From: Eledone cirrhosa
Lineage: Eukaryota
NCBI GenBank assembly: GCA_964016885.1
Contig: OZ024755.1
Coordinates: 40,796,001-40,860,000 of the forward strand
Direction: 5' to 3'
DNA length: 64,000 nt
Positions within the stretch are counted from its first letter, which is position 1. Each line of letters begins with the position of its first letter. The notes under the pieces were generated by a model, which did no database searches, was not told the origin of the DNA, and worked only from the letters and a program-made list of their open reading frames with translations. The position numbers and the translations under genes are program-made. Below, piece after piece: positions 1-15,000 of this stretch.

Positions 1-3000
1 CTTCCATTGCCAGATTTCTAATGAAAGACACTATATATGTCATTAACCCTTCCATTACCATATTTCTAATGAAAGACACTGTCTATGTCATTAACCCTTC
101 CATTACCATATTTGTAATGAAAGACACTGTATATGTCATTAACCCTTCCATTACCATATTTCTAATGAAAGACACTGTCTATGTCATTAACCCTTCCATT
201 AACAGATTTCGAATGAAAGACACTGTATATGTCATTAACCCTTCCATTACCATATTTCTAATAAAAGACACTGTCTATGTCTTTAACCCTTTCATTACCA
301 TATTTCTAATAAAAGACACCGTCTATGTCTTTAACCTTTTCATTACCATATTTCTAATAAAAGACACCGTCTATGTCATTAACCCTTTCATTACCATATT
401 TCTAATAAAAGACACCGTCTATGTCTTTAACCCTTTCATTACCATATTTCTAATAAAAGACACCGTCTATGTCTTTAACCCTTACATTACCATATTTCTA
501 ATAAAAGACACTGTCTATGTCATTAACCCTTTCATTACCATATTTCTAATAAAAGACACTGTCTATGTCTTTAACCCTTTCATTACCATATTTCTAATAA
601 AAGACACCGTCTATGTCATCAACCCTTTCATTACCATATTTCTAATAAAAGACACCGTCTATGTCATTAACCCTTTCATTACCATATTGCTAATGAAAGA
701 CACTATCTATGTCTTTAACCCTTTCATTACCATATTTCTAATAAAAGACACCGTCTATGTCATTAACCCTTTCATTACCATATTTCTAATGAAAGACACT
801 GTCTATGTCATTAACCCTTTCATTACCATATTTCTAATAAAAGACACCGTCTATGTCTTTAACCCTTTCATTACCATATTTCTAATAAAAGACACCGTCT
901 ATGTCATTAACCCTTTCATTACCATATTGCTAATGAAAGACACTGTCTATGTCATTAACCCTTTCATTACCAGATTTCTAATGAAAGACACTGTATATGT
1001 CATTAACCCTTCCATTACCATATTTCTAATGAAAGACACCGTCTATGTCATTAACCCTTCCATTACCATATTTCTAATGAAAGACACCGTCTATGTCATT
1101 AACCCTTCCATTACCATATTTCTAATGAAAGACACCGTCTATGTCATTAACCCTTCCATTACCATATTTCTAATGAAAGACACCGTCTATGTCATTAACC
1201 CTTCCATCAACATATTTCTAATGAAAGACACCGTCTATGTCATTAACCCTTCCATTACCATATTTCTAATAAAAGACACTGTCTATGTCATTAACCCTTC
1301 CATTACCATATTTCTAATGAAAGACACCGTCTATGTCATTAACCCTTCCATTACCATATTTCTAATGAAAGACACCGTCTACGTCATTAACCCTTACATT
1401 ACCATATTTCTAATGAAAGACACCGTCTATGTCTTTAACCCTTCCATCAACATATTTCTAATGAAAGACACTGTCTATGTCATTAACCCTTCCATTACCA
1501 GATTTCTAGTGAAAGACACTGTATATGTCATTAACCCTTCCATTACCATATTTCTAATGAAAGACACCGTCTATGTCATTAACCCTTCCATTACCATATT
1601 TCTAATGAAAGACACCGTCTATGTCTTTAACCCTTCCATTACCATATTTCTAATGAAAGACACTGTATATATCATTAACCCTTCCATTACCATATTTCTA
1701 ATGAAAGACACTGTATATGTCATTAACCCTTCCATTACCAGATTTCTAATGAAAGACACCGTCTATGTCATTAACCCTTCCATTACCATATTTCTAATGA
1801 AAGACACCGTCTATGTCTTTAACCCTTCCATTACCATATTTCTAATGAAAGACACCGTCTAGGTCATTAACCCCTCCATTACCATATTTCTAATGAAAGA
1901 CACTGTCTAGTCATTAACCCTTTTATTACCATATTTCTAATGAAAGACACTGTCTATGTCATTAACCCTTCCATTACCATATTTCTAATGAAAGACACTG
2001 TCTATGTCATTAACCTTTTCATTACTATATTTCTAATGAAAGACACCGTCTATGTCTTTAACACTTTCATTACCATATTTCTAATGAAAGACACCGTCTA
2101 TGTCATTAATCCTTTCATTACCAGATTTCTAATGAAAGACACCGTCTATGTCATTAACCCTTCCATTACCAGATTTCTAATGAAAGACACTGTATATGTC
2201 ATTAACCCTTCCATTACCAGATTTCTAATGAAAGACACCGTCTATGTCATTAACCCTTCCATTACCAGATTTCTAATGAAAGACACTGTATATGTCATTA
2301 ACCCTTCCATTACCAGATTTCTAATGAAAGACACCGTCTATGTCATTAACCCTTCCATTACCAGATTTCTAATGAAAGACACTGTATATGTCATTAACCC
2401 TTCCATTACCAGATTTCTAATGAAAGACACCGTCTATGTCATTAACCCTTCCATTACCAGATTTCTAATGAAAGACACTGTCTATGTCATTAACCCTTCC
2501 ATTACCAGATTTCTAATGAAAGACACTGTATATGTCATTAACCCTTCCATTACCAGATTTCTAATGAAAGACACCGTCTATGTCATTAACCCTTCCATTA
2601 CCAGATTTCTAATGAAAGACACTGTCTATGTCATTAACCCTTCCATTACCAGATTTCTAATGAAAGACACCGTCTATGTCATTAACCCTTCCATTACCAG
2701 ATTTCTAATGAAAGACACTGTCTATGTCATTAACCCTTCCATTACCAGATTTCTAATGAAAGACACTGTATATGTCATTAACCCTTCCATTACCAGATTT
2801 CTAATGAAAGACACTGTCTATGTCATTAACCCTTCCATTACCAGATTTCTAATGAAAGACACTGTCTATGTCATTAACCCTTCCATTACCAGATTTCTAA
2901 TGAAAGACACCGTCTATGTCATTAACCCTTCCATTACCAGATTTCTAATGAAAGACACTGTCTATGTCATTAACCCTTCCATTACCAGATTTCTAATGAA

Positions 3001-6000
3001 AGACACCGTCTATGTCATTAACCCTTCCATTACCAGATTTCTAATGAAAGACACTGTCTATGTCATTAACCCTTCCATTACCAGATTTCTAATGAAAGAC
3101 ACTGTCTATGTCATTAACCCCTCCATTACCATATTTCTAATGAAAGACACTGTATATGTCATTAACCCTTTCCTTACCATATTTCTAATGAAAGACACTG
3201 CCTATGTCATTAACCCTTTCATTACCATATTTCTAATGAAAGACACAGCCTATGTCATTAACCCTTTCATTACCATATTTCTAATGAAAGACACTGCCTA
3301 TGTCATTAACTCTTCCATTACCATATTTCTAATGAAAGACACTGCCTATGTCATTAACCCTTTCATTACCATATTTCTAATGAAAGACACTGCCTATGTC
3401 ATTAACCCTTTCATTACCATATTTCTAATGAAAGACACTGTCTATGTCTTTAACCCTTTCATTACCATATTTCTAATGAAAGACACTGCCTATGTCATTA
3501 ACCCTTTCATTACCATATTTCTAATGAAAGACACTGTCTATGTCTTTAACCCTTTCATTACCATATTTCTACTGAAAGACACTGTCTATGTCTTTAACCC
3601 TTTCATTACCATATTTCTAATGAAAGACACAGCCTATGTCATTAACCCTTTCATTACCATATTTCTAATGAAAGACACCGTCTATGTCTTTAACCCTTCC
3701 ATTACCATATTTCTATTGAAAGACACTGTCTATGTCATTAACCCTTCCATTACCAGATTTCTAATGAAAGACACTGTCTATGTCTTTAACCCTTTCATTA
3801 CCATATATCTAATGAAAGACACTGTCTATGTCATTAACCCTTCCATTACCAGATTTCTAATGAAAGACACTGTCTATGTCATTAACCCTTTCATTACCAT
3901 ATATCTAATAAAAGACACTGTCTATGTCTTTAACCCTTTCATTACCATATTTCTAATGAAAAACACCGTCCATGTCATTAACCCTTTCATTACCATATTT
4001 CTAATGAAAAACACCGTCCATGTCATTAACCCTTTCATTACCATATTTCTAATAAAAGACACTGTCTATGTCTTTAACCCTTTCATTACCATATTTCTAA
4101 TGAAAAACACCGTCCATGTCATTAACCCTTTCATTACCATATTTCTAATAAAAGACACTGTCTATGTCTTTAACCCTTTCATTACCATATTTCTAATGAA
4201 AAACACCGTCCATGTCATTAACCCTTTCATTACCATATTTCTAATAAAAGACACCGTCTATGTCTTTAACCCTTCCATTACCATATTTCTAATGAAAAAC
4301 ACCGTCTATGTCATTAACCCTTCCATTACCATATTTCTAATGAAAGACACTGTCTATGTCATTAACCCTTTCATTACCAGATTTCTAATGAAAGACACTG
4401 TCTATGTCATTAACCCTTCCATTACCATATTTCTATTGAAAGACACTGCCTATGTCATTAACCTTTTCATTACCATATTTCTAATAAAAGACACTGTCTA
4501 TGTCTTTAACCCTTTCATTACCATATTTCTAATGAAATACACCGTCTATGTCTTTAACACTTTCATTACCATATTTCTAATGAAAGACACCGTCTATGTC
4601 ATTAACCCTTCCATTTCCGGATTTCTAATGAAAGACACTGTATATGTCATTAACCCTTCCATTACCATATTTCTAATGAAAGACACCGTCTACGTCATTA
4701 ACCCTTACGTTACCATATTTCTAATGAAAGACACCGTTTATGTCTTTAACCCTTCCATCAACATATTTCTAATGTAAGACACTGTCTATGTCATTAACCC
4801 TTCCATTACCATATTTCTAATGAAAGACACTGTATATATGTCATTAACCCTTCCATTACCAGATTTCTAGTGAAAGACACTGTATATGTCATTAACCCTT
4901 CCATTACCATATTTCTAATGAAAGACACCGTCTATGTCATTAACCCTTCCATTTACATATTTCTAATGAAAGACACCGTCTATGTCTTTAACCCTTCCAT
5001 TACCATATTTCTAATGAAAGACACTGTATATATCATTAACCCTTCCATTACCATATTTCTAATGAAAGACACTGTATATGTCATTAACCCTTCCATTACC
5101 AGATTTCTAATGAAAGACACCGTCTATGTCATTAACCCTTCCATTACCATATTTCTAATGAAAGACACCGTCTATGTCTTTAACCCTTCCATTACCATAT
5201 TTCTAATGAAAGACACCGTCTAGGTCATTAACCCCTCCATTACCATATTTCTAATGAAAGACACTGTCTAGTCATTAACCCTTTTATTACCATATTTCTA
5301 ATGAAAGACACTGTCTATGTCATTAACCCTTCCATTACCATATTTCTAATGAAAGACACTGTCTATGTCATTAACCTTTTCATTACTATATTTCTAATGA
5401 AAGACACCGTCTATGTCTTTAACACTTTCATTACCATATTTCTAATGAAAGACACCGTCTATGTCATTAATCCTTTCATTACCAGATTTCTAATGAAAGA
5501 CACCGTCTATGTCTTTAACCCTTCCATTACCATATTTCTAATGAAAGACACTGTCTATGTCATTAACCCTTCCATTGCCAGATTTCTAATGAAAGACACT
5601 ATATATGTCATTAACCCTTCCATTACCATATTTCTAATGAAAGACACTGTCTATGTCATTAACCCTTCCATTACCATATTTGTAATGAAAGACACTGTAT
5701 ATGTCATTAACCCTTCCATTACCATATTTCTAATGAAAGACACTGTCTATGTCATTAACCCTTCCATTAACAGATTTCGAATGAAAGACACTGTATATGT
5801 CATTAACCCTTCCATTACCATATTTCTAATAAAAGACACTGTCTATGTCTTTAACCCTTTCATTACCATATTTCTAATAAAAGACACCGTCTATGTCTTT
5901 AACCTTTTCATTACCATATTTCTAATAAAAGACACCGTCTATGTCATTAACCCTTTCATTACCATATTTCTAATAAAAGACACCGTCTATGTCTTTAACC

Positions 6001-9000
6001 CTTTCATTACCATATTTCTAATAAAAGACACCGTCTATGTCTTTAACCCTTACATTACCATATTTCTAATAAAAGACACTGTCTATGTCATTAACCCTTT
6101 CATTACCATATTTCTAATAAAAGACACTGTCTATGTCTTTAACCCTTTCATTACCATATTTCTAATAAAAGACACCGTCTATGTCATCAACCCTTTCATT
6201 ACCATATTTCTAATAAAAGACACCGTCTATGTCATTAACCCTTTCATTACCATATTGCTAATGAAAGACACTATCTATGTCTTTAACCCTTTCATTACCA
6301 TATTTCTAATAAAAGACACCGTCTATGTCATTAACCCTTTCATTACCATATTTCTAATGAAAGACACTGTCTATGTCATTAACCCTTTCATTACCATATT
6401 TCTAATAAAAGACACCGTCTATGTCTTTAACCCTTTCATTACCATATTTCTAATAAAAGACACCGTCTATGTCATTAACCCTTTCATTACCATATTGCTA
6501 ATGAAAGACACTGTCTATGTCATTAACCCTTTCATTACCAGATTTCTAATGAAAGACACTGTATATGTCATTAACCCTTCCATTACCATATTTCTAATGA
6601 AAGACACCGTCTATGTCATTAACCCTTCCATTACCATATTTCTAATGAAAGACACCGTCTATGTCATTAACCCTTCCATTACCATATTTCTAATGAAAGA
6701 CACCGTCTATGTCATTAACCCTTCCATTACCATATTTCTAATGAAAGACACCGTCTATGTCATTAACCCTTCCATCAACATATTTCTAATGAAAGACACC
6801 GTCTATGTCATTAACCCTTCCATTACCATATTTCTAATAAAAGACACTGTCTATGTCATTAACCCTTCCATTACCATATTTCTAATGAAAGACACCGTCT
6901 ATGTCATTAACCCTTCCATTACCATATTTCTAATGAAAGACACCGTCTACGTCATTAACCCTTACATTACCATATTTCTAATGAAAGACACCGTCTATGT
7001 CTTTAACCCTTCCATCAACATATTTCTAATGAAAGACACTGTCTATGTCATTAACCCTTCCATTACCATATTTCTAATGAAAGACACTGTATATGTCATT
7101 AACCCTTCCATTACCAGATTTCTAATGAAAGACACCGTCTATGTCATTAACCCTTCCATTACCATATTTCTAATGAAAGACACCGTCTATGTCTTTAACC
7201 CTTCCATTACCATATTTCTAATGAAAGACACCGTCTAGGTCATTAACCCCTCCATTACCATATTTCTAATGAAAGACACTGTCTATGTCATTAAACCTTC
7301 CATTACCATATTTCTAATAAAAGACACCGTCTATGTCATTAACCCTTTCATTACTATATTTCTAATGAAAGACACTGTCTATGTCTTTAATCCTTTCATT
7401 ACCATATTTCTAATAAAAGACACCGTCTATGTCTTTAACCCTTCCATTACCATATTTCTAATGAAAAACACTGTCTATGTCATTAACCCTTTCATTACCA
7501 TATTTTTAATGAAAGACACTGTCTATGTCTTTAACCCTTTCATTACCATATTTCTAATGAAAAACACCGTCCATGTCATTAACCCTTTCATTACCATATT
7601 TCTAATAAAAGACGCTGTCTATGTCTTTAACCCTTTCATTACCATATTTCTAATGAAAAACACCGTCTATGTCATTAACCCTTCCATTACCATATTTCTA
7701 ATGAAAGACACTGTCTATGTCATTAACCCTTTCATTACCATATTTGTAATGAAAAACACCGTCTATGTCATTAACCCTTCCATTACCATATTTCTATTGA
7801 AAGACACTGCCTATGTCATTAACCCTTTCATTACCATATTTCTAATAAAAGACACCGTCTATGTCATTAACCCTTTCATTATCATATTTCTAATGAAAGA
7901 CACTGTCTATGTCATTCACCCTTCCATTACCATATTTCTAATGAAAGACACTGTCTATATCATTAACCCTTTCATTACCATATTTCTAATGAAAAACACC
8001 GTCTATGTCATTAACCCTTTCATTACCATATTTCTAATGAAAGACACTGTCTATGTCATTAACCCTTTCATTGCCATATTTCTAATGAACGACACTGTCT
8101 ATGTCATTAAACCTTTCATTACCATATTTCTAATGAAAGACACTGTCTATGTCATTAACCCTTTCATTACCATATTTCTAATAAAAGACACTGTCTATGT
8201 CTTTAACCCTTTCATTACCATATTTCTAATAAAAGACACCGTCTATGTCATTAACCCTTTCATTACCATATTTCTAATGAAAGACACTGTCTATGTCATT
8301 AACCCTTTCATTACCATATTTCTAATAAAAGACACTGTCTATGTCTTTAACCCTTTCATTACCATATTTCTAATAAAAGACACCGTCTATGTCTTTAACC
8401 CTTTCATTAACATATTTCTAATAAAAGACACCGTCTATGTCATTAACCCTTTCATTACCATATTGCTAATGAAAGACACTGTCTATGTCATTAACCCTTT
8501 CATTACCAGATTTCTAATGAAAGACACTGTATATGTCATTAACCCTTCCATTACCATATTTCTAATGAAAGACACCGTCTACGTCATTAACCTTTACATT
8601 ACCATATTTCTAATGAAAGACACCGTCTATGTCTTTAACCCTTCCATCAACATATTTCTAATGAAAGACACTGTCTATGTCATTAACCCTTCCATTACCA
8701 TATTTCTAATGAAAGACACTGTATATGTCATTAACCCTTCCATTACCAGATTTCTAATGAAAGACACCGTCTATGTCATTAACCCTTCCATTACCATATT
8801 TCTAATGAAAGACACCGTCTATGTCTTTAACTCTTCCATTACCATATTTCTAATGAAAGACACCGTCTAGGTCATTAACCCCTCCATTACCATATTTCTA
8901 ATGAAAGACACTGTCTATGTCATTAAACCTTCCATTACCATATTTCTAATAAAAGACACCGTCTATGTCATTAACCCTTTCATTACTATATTTCTAATGA

Positions 9001-12000
9001 AAGACACTGTCTATGTCTTTAATCATTTCATTACCATATTTCTAATAAAAGACACCGTCTATGTCTTTAACCCTTCCATTACCATATTTCTAATGAAAAA
9101 CACTGTCTATGTCATTAACCCTTTCATTACCATATTTCTAATGAAAGACACTGTCTATGTCTTTAATCCTTTCATTACCATATTTCTAATAAAAGACGCT
9201 GTCTATGTCTTTAACCCTTTCATTACCATATTTCTAATGAAAAACACCGTCTATGTCATTAACCCTTCCATTACCATATTTCTAATGAAAGACACTGTCT
9301 ATGTCATTAACCCTTCCATTACCATATTTCTAATGAAAGACACCGTCTATGTCTTTAACCCTTCCATTACCATATTTCTAATGAAAGACACTGTCTATGT
9401 CATTAACCCTTTCATTACCATATTTCTAATAAAAGACACTGTCTATGTCTTTAACCCTTTCATTACCAGATTTCTAATGAAATACACCGTCTATGTCTTT
9501 AACACTTTCATTACCATATTTCTAATGAAAGACACCGTCTATGTCATTAACCCTTCCATTTCCGGATTTCTAATGAAAGACACTGTATATGTCATTAACC
9601 CTTCCATTACCATATTTCTAATGAAAGACACCGTCTACGTCATTAACCCTTACGTTACCATATTTCTAATGAAAGACACCGTTTATGTCTTTAACCCTTC
9701 CAACAACATATTTCTAATGAAAGACACTGTCTATGTCATTAACCCTTCCATTACCATATTTCTAATGAAAGACACTGTATATATGTCATTAACCCTTCCA
9801 TTACCAGATTTCTAGTGAAAGACACTGTATATGTCATTAACCCTTCCATTACCATATTTCTAATGAAAGACACCGTCTATGTCATTAACCCTTCCATTAC
9901 CATATTTCTAATGAAAGACACCGTCTATGTCTTTAACCCTTCCATTACCATATTTCTAATGAAAGACACTGTATATATCATTAACCCTTCCATTACCATA
10001 TTTCTAATGAAAGACACTGTATATGTCATTAACCCTTCCATTACCAGATTTCTAATGAAAAACACCGTCTATGTCATTAACCCTTCCATTACCATATTTC
10101 TAATGAAAGACACCGTCTATGTCTTTAACCCTTCCATTGCCATATTTCTAATGAAAGACACCGTCTAGGTCATTAACCCCTCCATTACCATGTTTCTAAT
10201 GAAAGACACTGTCTAGTCATTAACCCTTTTATTACCATATTTCTAATGAAAGACACTGTCTATGTCATTAACCCTTCCATTACCATATTTCTAATGAAAG
10301 ACACCGTCTATGTCTTTAACCCTTCCATTACCATATTTCTAATGAAAGACACCGTCTAGGTCATTAACCCCTCCATTACCATATTTCTAATGAAAGACAC
10401 TGTCTAGTCATTAACCCTTTTATTACCATATTTCTAATGAAAGACACTGTCTATGTCATTAACCCTTCCATTACCATATTTCTAATAAAAGACACCGTCT
10501 ATGTCTTTAACCTTTTCATTACTATATTTCTAATGAAAGACACTGTCTATGTCATTAACCCTTCCATTACCATATTTCTAATGAAAGACACCGTCTATGT
10601 CTTTAACCCTTCCATTACCATATTTCTAATGAAAGACACCGTCTAGGTCATTAACCCCTCCATTACCATATTTCTAATGAAAGACACTGTCTAGTCATTA
10701 ACCCTTTTATTACCATATTTCTAATGAAAGACACTGTCTATGTCATTAACCCTTCCATTACCATATTTCTAATAAAAGACACCGTCTATGTCTTTAACCT
10801 TTTCATTACCATATTTCTAATGAAAGACACTGTCTATGTCTTTAATCCTTTCATTACCATATTTCTAATAAAAGACACCGTCTATGTCTTTAACACTTTC
10901 ATTACCATATTTCTAATGAAAGACACCGTCTATGTCATTAACCCTTTCATTACCATATTGCTAATGAAAGACAATATCTATGTCTTTAACCCTTTCATTA
11001 CCATATTTCTAATAAAAGACACCGTCTATGTCATTAACCCTTTCATTACCATATTTCTAATGAAAGACACTGTCTATGTCATTAACCCTTTCATTACCAT
11101 ATTTCTAATAAAAGACACCGTCTATGTCATTAACCCTTTCATTACCATATTGCTAATGAAAGACACTGTCTATGTCATTAACCCTTTCATTACCAGATTT
11201 CTAATGAAAGACACTGTATATGTCATTAACCCTTCCATTACCAGATTTCTAATGAAAGACACCGTCTATGTCATTAACCCTTCCATTACCAGATTTCTAA
11301 TGAAAGACACTGTCTATGTCATTAACCCTTCCATTACCAGATTTCTAATGAAAGACACTGTATATGTCATTAACCCTTCCATTACCAGATTTCTAATGAA
11401 AGACACCGTCTATGTCATTAACCCTTCCATTACCAGATTTCTAATGAAAGACACCGTCTATGTCATTAACCCTTCCATTACCAGATTTCTAATGAAAGAC
11501 ACTGTATATGTCATTAACCCTTCCATTACCAGATTTCTAATGAAAGACACCGTCTATGTCATTAACCCTTCCATTACCAGATTTCTAATGAAAGACACTG
11601 TATATGTCATTAACCCTTCCATTACCAGATTTCTAATGAAAGACACCGTCTATGTCATTAACCCTTCCATTACCAGATTTCTAATGAAAGACACTGTCTA
11701 TGTCATTAACCCTTCCATTACCAGATTTCTAATGAAAGACACTGTATATGTCATTAACCCTTCCATTACCAGATTTCTAATGAAAGACACCGTCTATGTC
11801 ATTAACCCTTCCATTACCAGATTTCTAATGAAAGACACTGTCTATGTCATTAACCCTTCCATTACCAGATTTCTAATGAAAGACACCGTCTATGTCATTA
11901 ACCCTTCCATTACCAGATTTCTAATGAAAGACACTGTCTATGTCATTAACCCTTCCATTACCAGATTTCTAATGAAAGACACTGTATATGTCATTAACCC

Positions 12001-15000
12001 TTCCATTACCAGATTTCTAATGAAAGACACTGTCTATGTCATTAACCCTTCCATTACCAGATTTCTAATGAAAGACACTGTCTATGTCATTAACCCTTCC
12101 ATTACCAGATTTCTAATGAAAGACACCGTCTATGTCATTAACCCTTCCATTACCAGATTTCTAATGAAAGACACTGTCTATGTCATTAACCCTTCCATTA
12201 CCAGATTTCTAATGAAAGACACCGTCTATGTCATTAACCCTTCCATTACCAGATTTCTAATGAAAGACACTGTCTATGTCATTAACCCTTCCATTACCAG
12301 ATTTCTAATGAAAGACACTGTCTATGTCATTAACCCCTCCATTACCATATTTCTAATGAAAGACACTGTATATGTCATTAACCCTTTCCTTACCATATTT
12401 CTAATGAAAGACACTGCCTATGTCATTAACCCTTTCATTACCATATTTCTAATGAAAGACACAGCCTATGTCATTAACCCTTTCATTACCATATTTCTAA
12501 TGAAAGACACTGCCTATGTCATTAACTCTTCCATTACCATATTTCTAATGAAAGACACTGCCTATGTCATTAACCCTTTCATTACCATATTTCTAATGAA
12601 AGACACTGCCTATGTCATTAACCCTTTCATTACCATATTTCTAATGAAAGACACTGTCTATGTCTTTAACCCTTTCATTACCATATTTCTAATGAAAGAC
12701 ACTGCCTATGTCATTAACCCTTTCATTACCATATTTCTAATGAAAGACACTGTCTATGTCTTTAACCCTTTCATTACCATATTTCTACTGAAAGACACTG
12801 TCTATGTCTTTAACCCTTTCATTACCATATTTCTAATGAAAGACACAGCCTATGTCATTAACCCTTTCATTACCATATTTCTAATGAAAGACACCGTCTA
12901 TGTCTTTAACCCTTCCATTACCATATTTCTATTGAAAGACACTGTCTATGTCATTAACCCTTCCATTACCAGATTTCTAATGAAAGACACTGTCTATGTC
13001 TTTAACCCTTTCATTACCATATATCTAATGAAAGACACTGTCTATGTCATTAACCCTTCCATTACCAGATTTCTAATGAAAGACACTGTCTATGTCATTA
13101 ACCCTTTCATTACCATATATCTAATAAAAGACACTGTCTATGTCTTTAACCCTTTCATTACCATATTTCTAATGAAAAACACCGTCCATGTCATTAACCC
13201 TTTCATTACCATAGTTCTAATGAAAAACACCGTCCATGTCATTAACCCTTTCATTACCATATTGCTAATGAAAGACAATATCTATGTCTTTAACCCTTTC
13301 ATTACCATATTTCTAATAAAAGACACCGTCTATGTCATTAACCCTTTCATTACCATATTTCTAATGAAAGACACTGTCTATGTCATTAACCCTTTCATTA
13401 CCATATTTCTAATAAAAGACACCGTCTATGTCATTAACCCTTTCATTACCATATTGCTAATGAAAGACACTGTCTATGTCATTAACCCTTTCATTACCAG
13501 ATTTCTAATGAAAGACACTGTATATGTCATTAACCCTTCCATTACCAGATTTCTAATGAAAGACACCGTCTATGTCATTAACCCTTCCATTACCAGATTT
13601 CTAATGAAAGACACTGTCTATGTCATTAACCCTTCCATTACCAGATTTCTAATGAAAGACACTGTATATGTCATTAACCCTTCCATTACCAGATTTCTAA
13701 TGAAAGACACCGTCTATGTCATTAACCCTTCCATTACCAGATTTCTAATGAAAGACACCGTCTATGTCATTAACCCTTCCATTACCAGATTTCTAATGAA
13801 AGACACTGTATATGTCATTAACCCTTCCATTACCAGATTTCTAATGAAAGACACCGTCTATGTCATTAACCCTTCCATTACCAGATTTCTAATGAAAGAC
13901 ACTGTATATGTCATTAACCCTTCCATTACCAGATTTCTAATGAAAGACACCGTCTATGTCATTAACCCTTCCATTACCAGATTTCTAATGAAAGACACTG
14001 TCTATGTCATTAACCCTTCCATTACCAGATTTCTAATGAAAGACACTGTATATGTCATTAACCCTTCCATTACCAGATTTCTAATGAAAGACACCGTCTA
14101 TGTCATTAACCCTTCCATTACCAGATTTCTAATGAAAGACACTGTCTATGTCATTAACCCTTCCATTACCAGATTTCTAATGAAAGACACCGTCTATGTC
14201 ATTAACCCTTCCATTACCAGATTTCTAATGAAAGACACTGTCTATGTCATTAACCCTTCCATTACCAGATTTCTAATGAAAGACACTGTATATGTCATTA
14301 ACCCTTCCATTACCAGATTTCTAATGAAAGACACTGTCTATGTCATTAACCCTTCCATTACCAGATTTCTAATGAAAGACACTGTCTATGTCATTAACCC
14401 TTCCATTACCAGATTTCTAATGAAAGACACCGTCTATGTCATTAACCCTTCCATTACCAGATTTCTAATGAAAGACACTGTCTATGTCATTAACCCTTCC
14501 ATTACCAGATTTCTAATGAAAGACACCGTCTATGTCATTAACCCTTCCATTACCAGATTTCTAATGAAAGACACTGTCTATGTCATTAACCCTTCCATTA
14601 CCAGATTTCTAATGAAAGACACTGTCTATGTCATTAACCCCTCCATTACCATATTTCTAATGAAAGACACTGTATATGTCATTAACCCTTTCCTTACCAT
14701 ATTTCTAATGAAAGACACTGCCTATGTCATTAACCCTTTCATTACCATATTTCTAATGAAAGACACAGCCTATGTCATTAACCCTTTCATTACCATATTT
14801 CTAATGAAAGACACTGCCTATGTCATTAACTCTTCCATTACCATATTTCTAATGAAAGACACTGCCTATGTCATTAACCCTTTCATTACCATATTTCTAA
14901 TGAAAGACACTGCCTATGTCATTAACCCTTTCATTACCATATTTCTAATGAAAGACACTGTCTATGTCTTTAACCCTTTCATTACCATATTTCTAATGAA

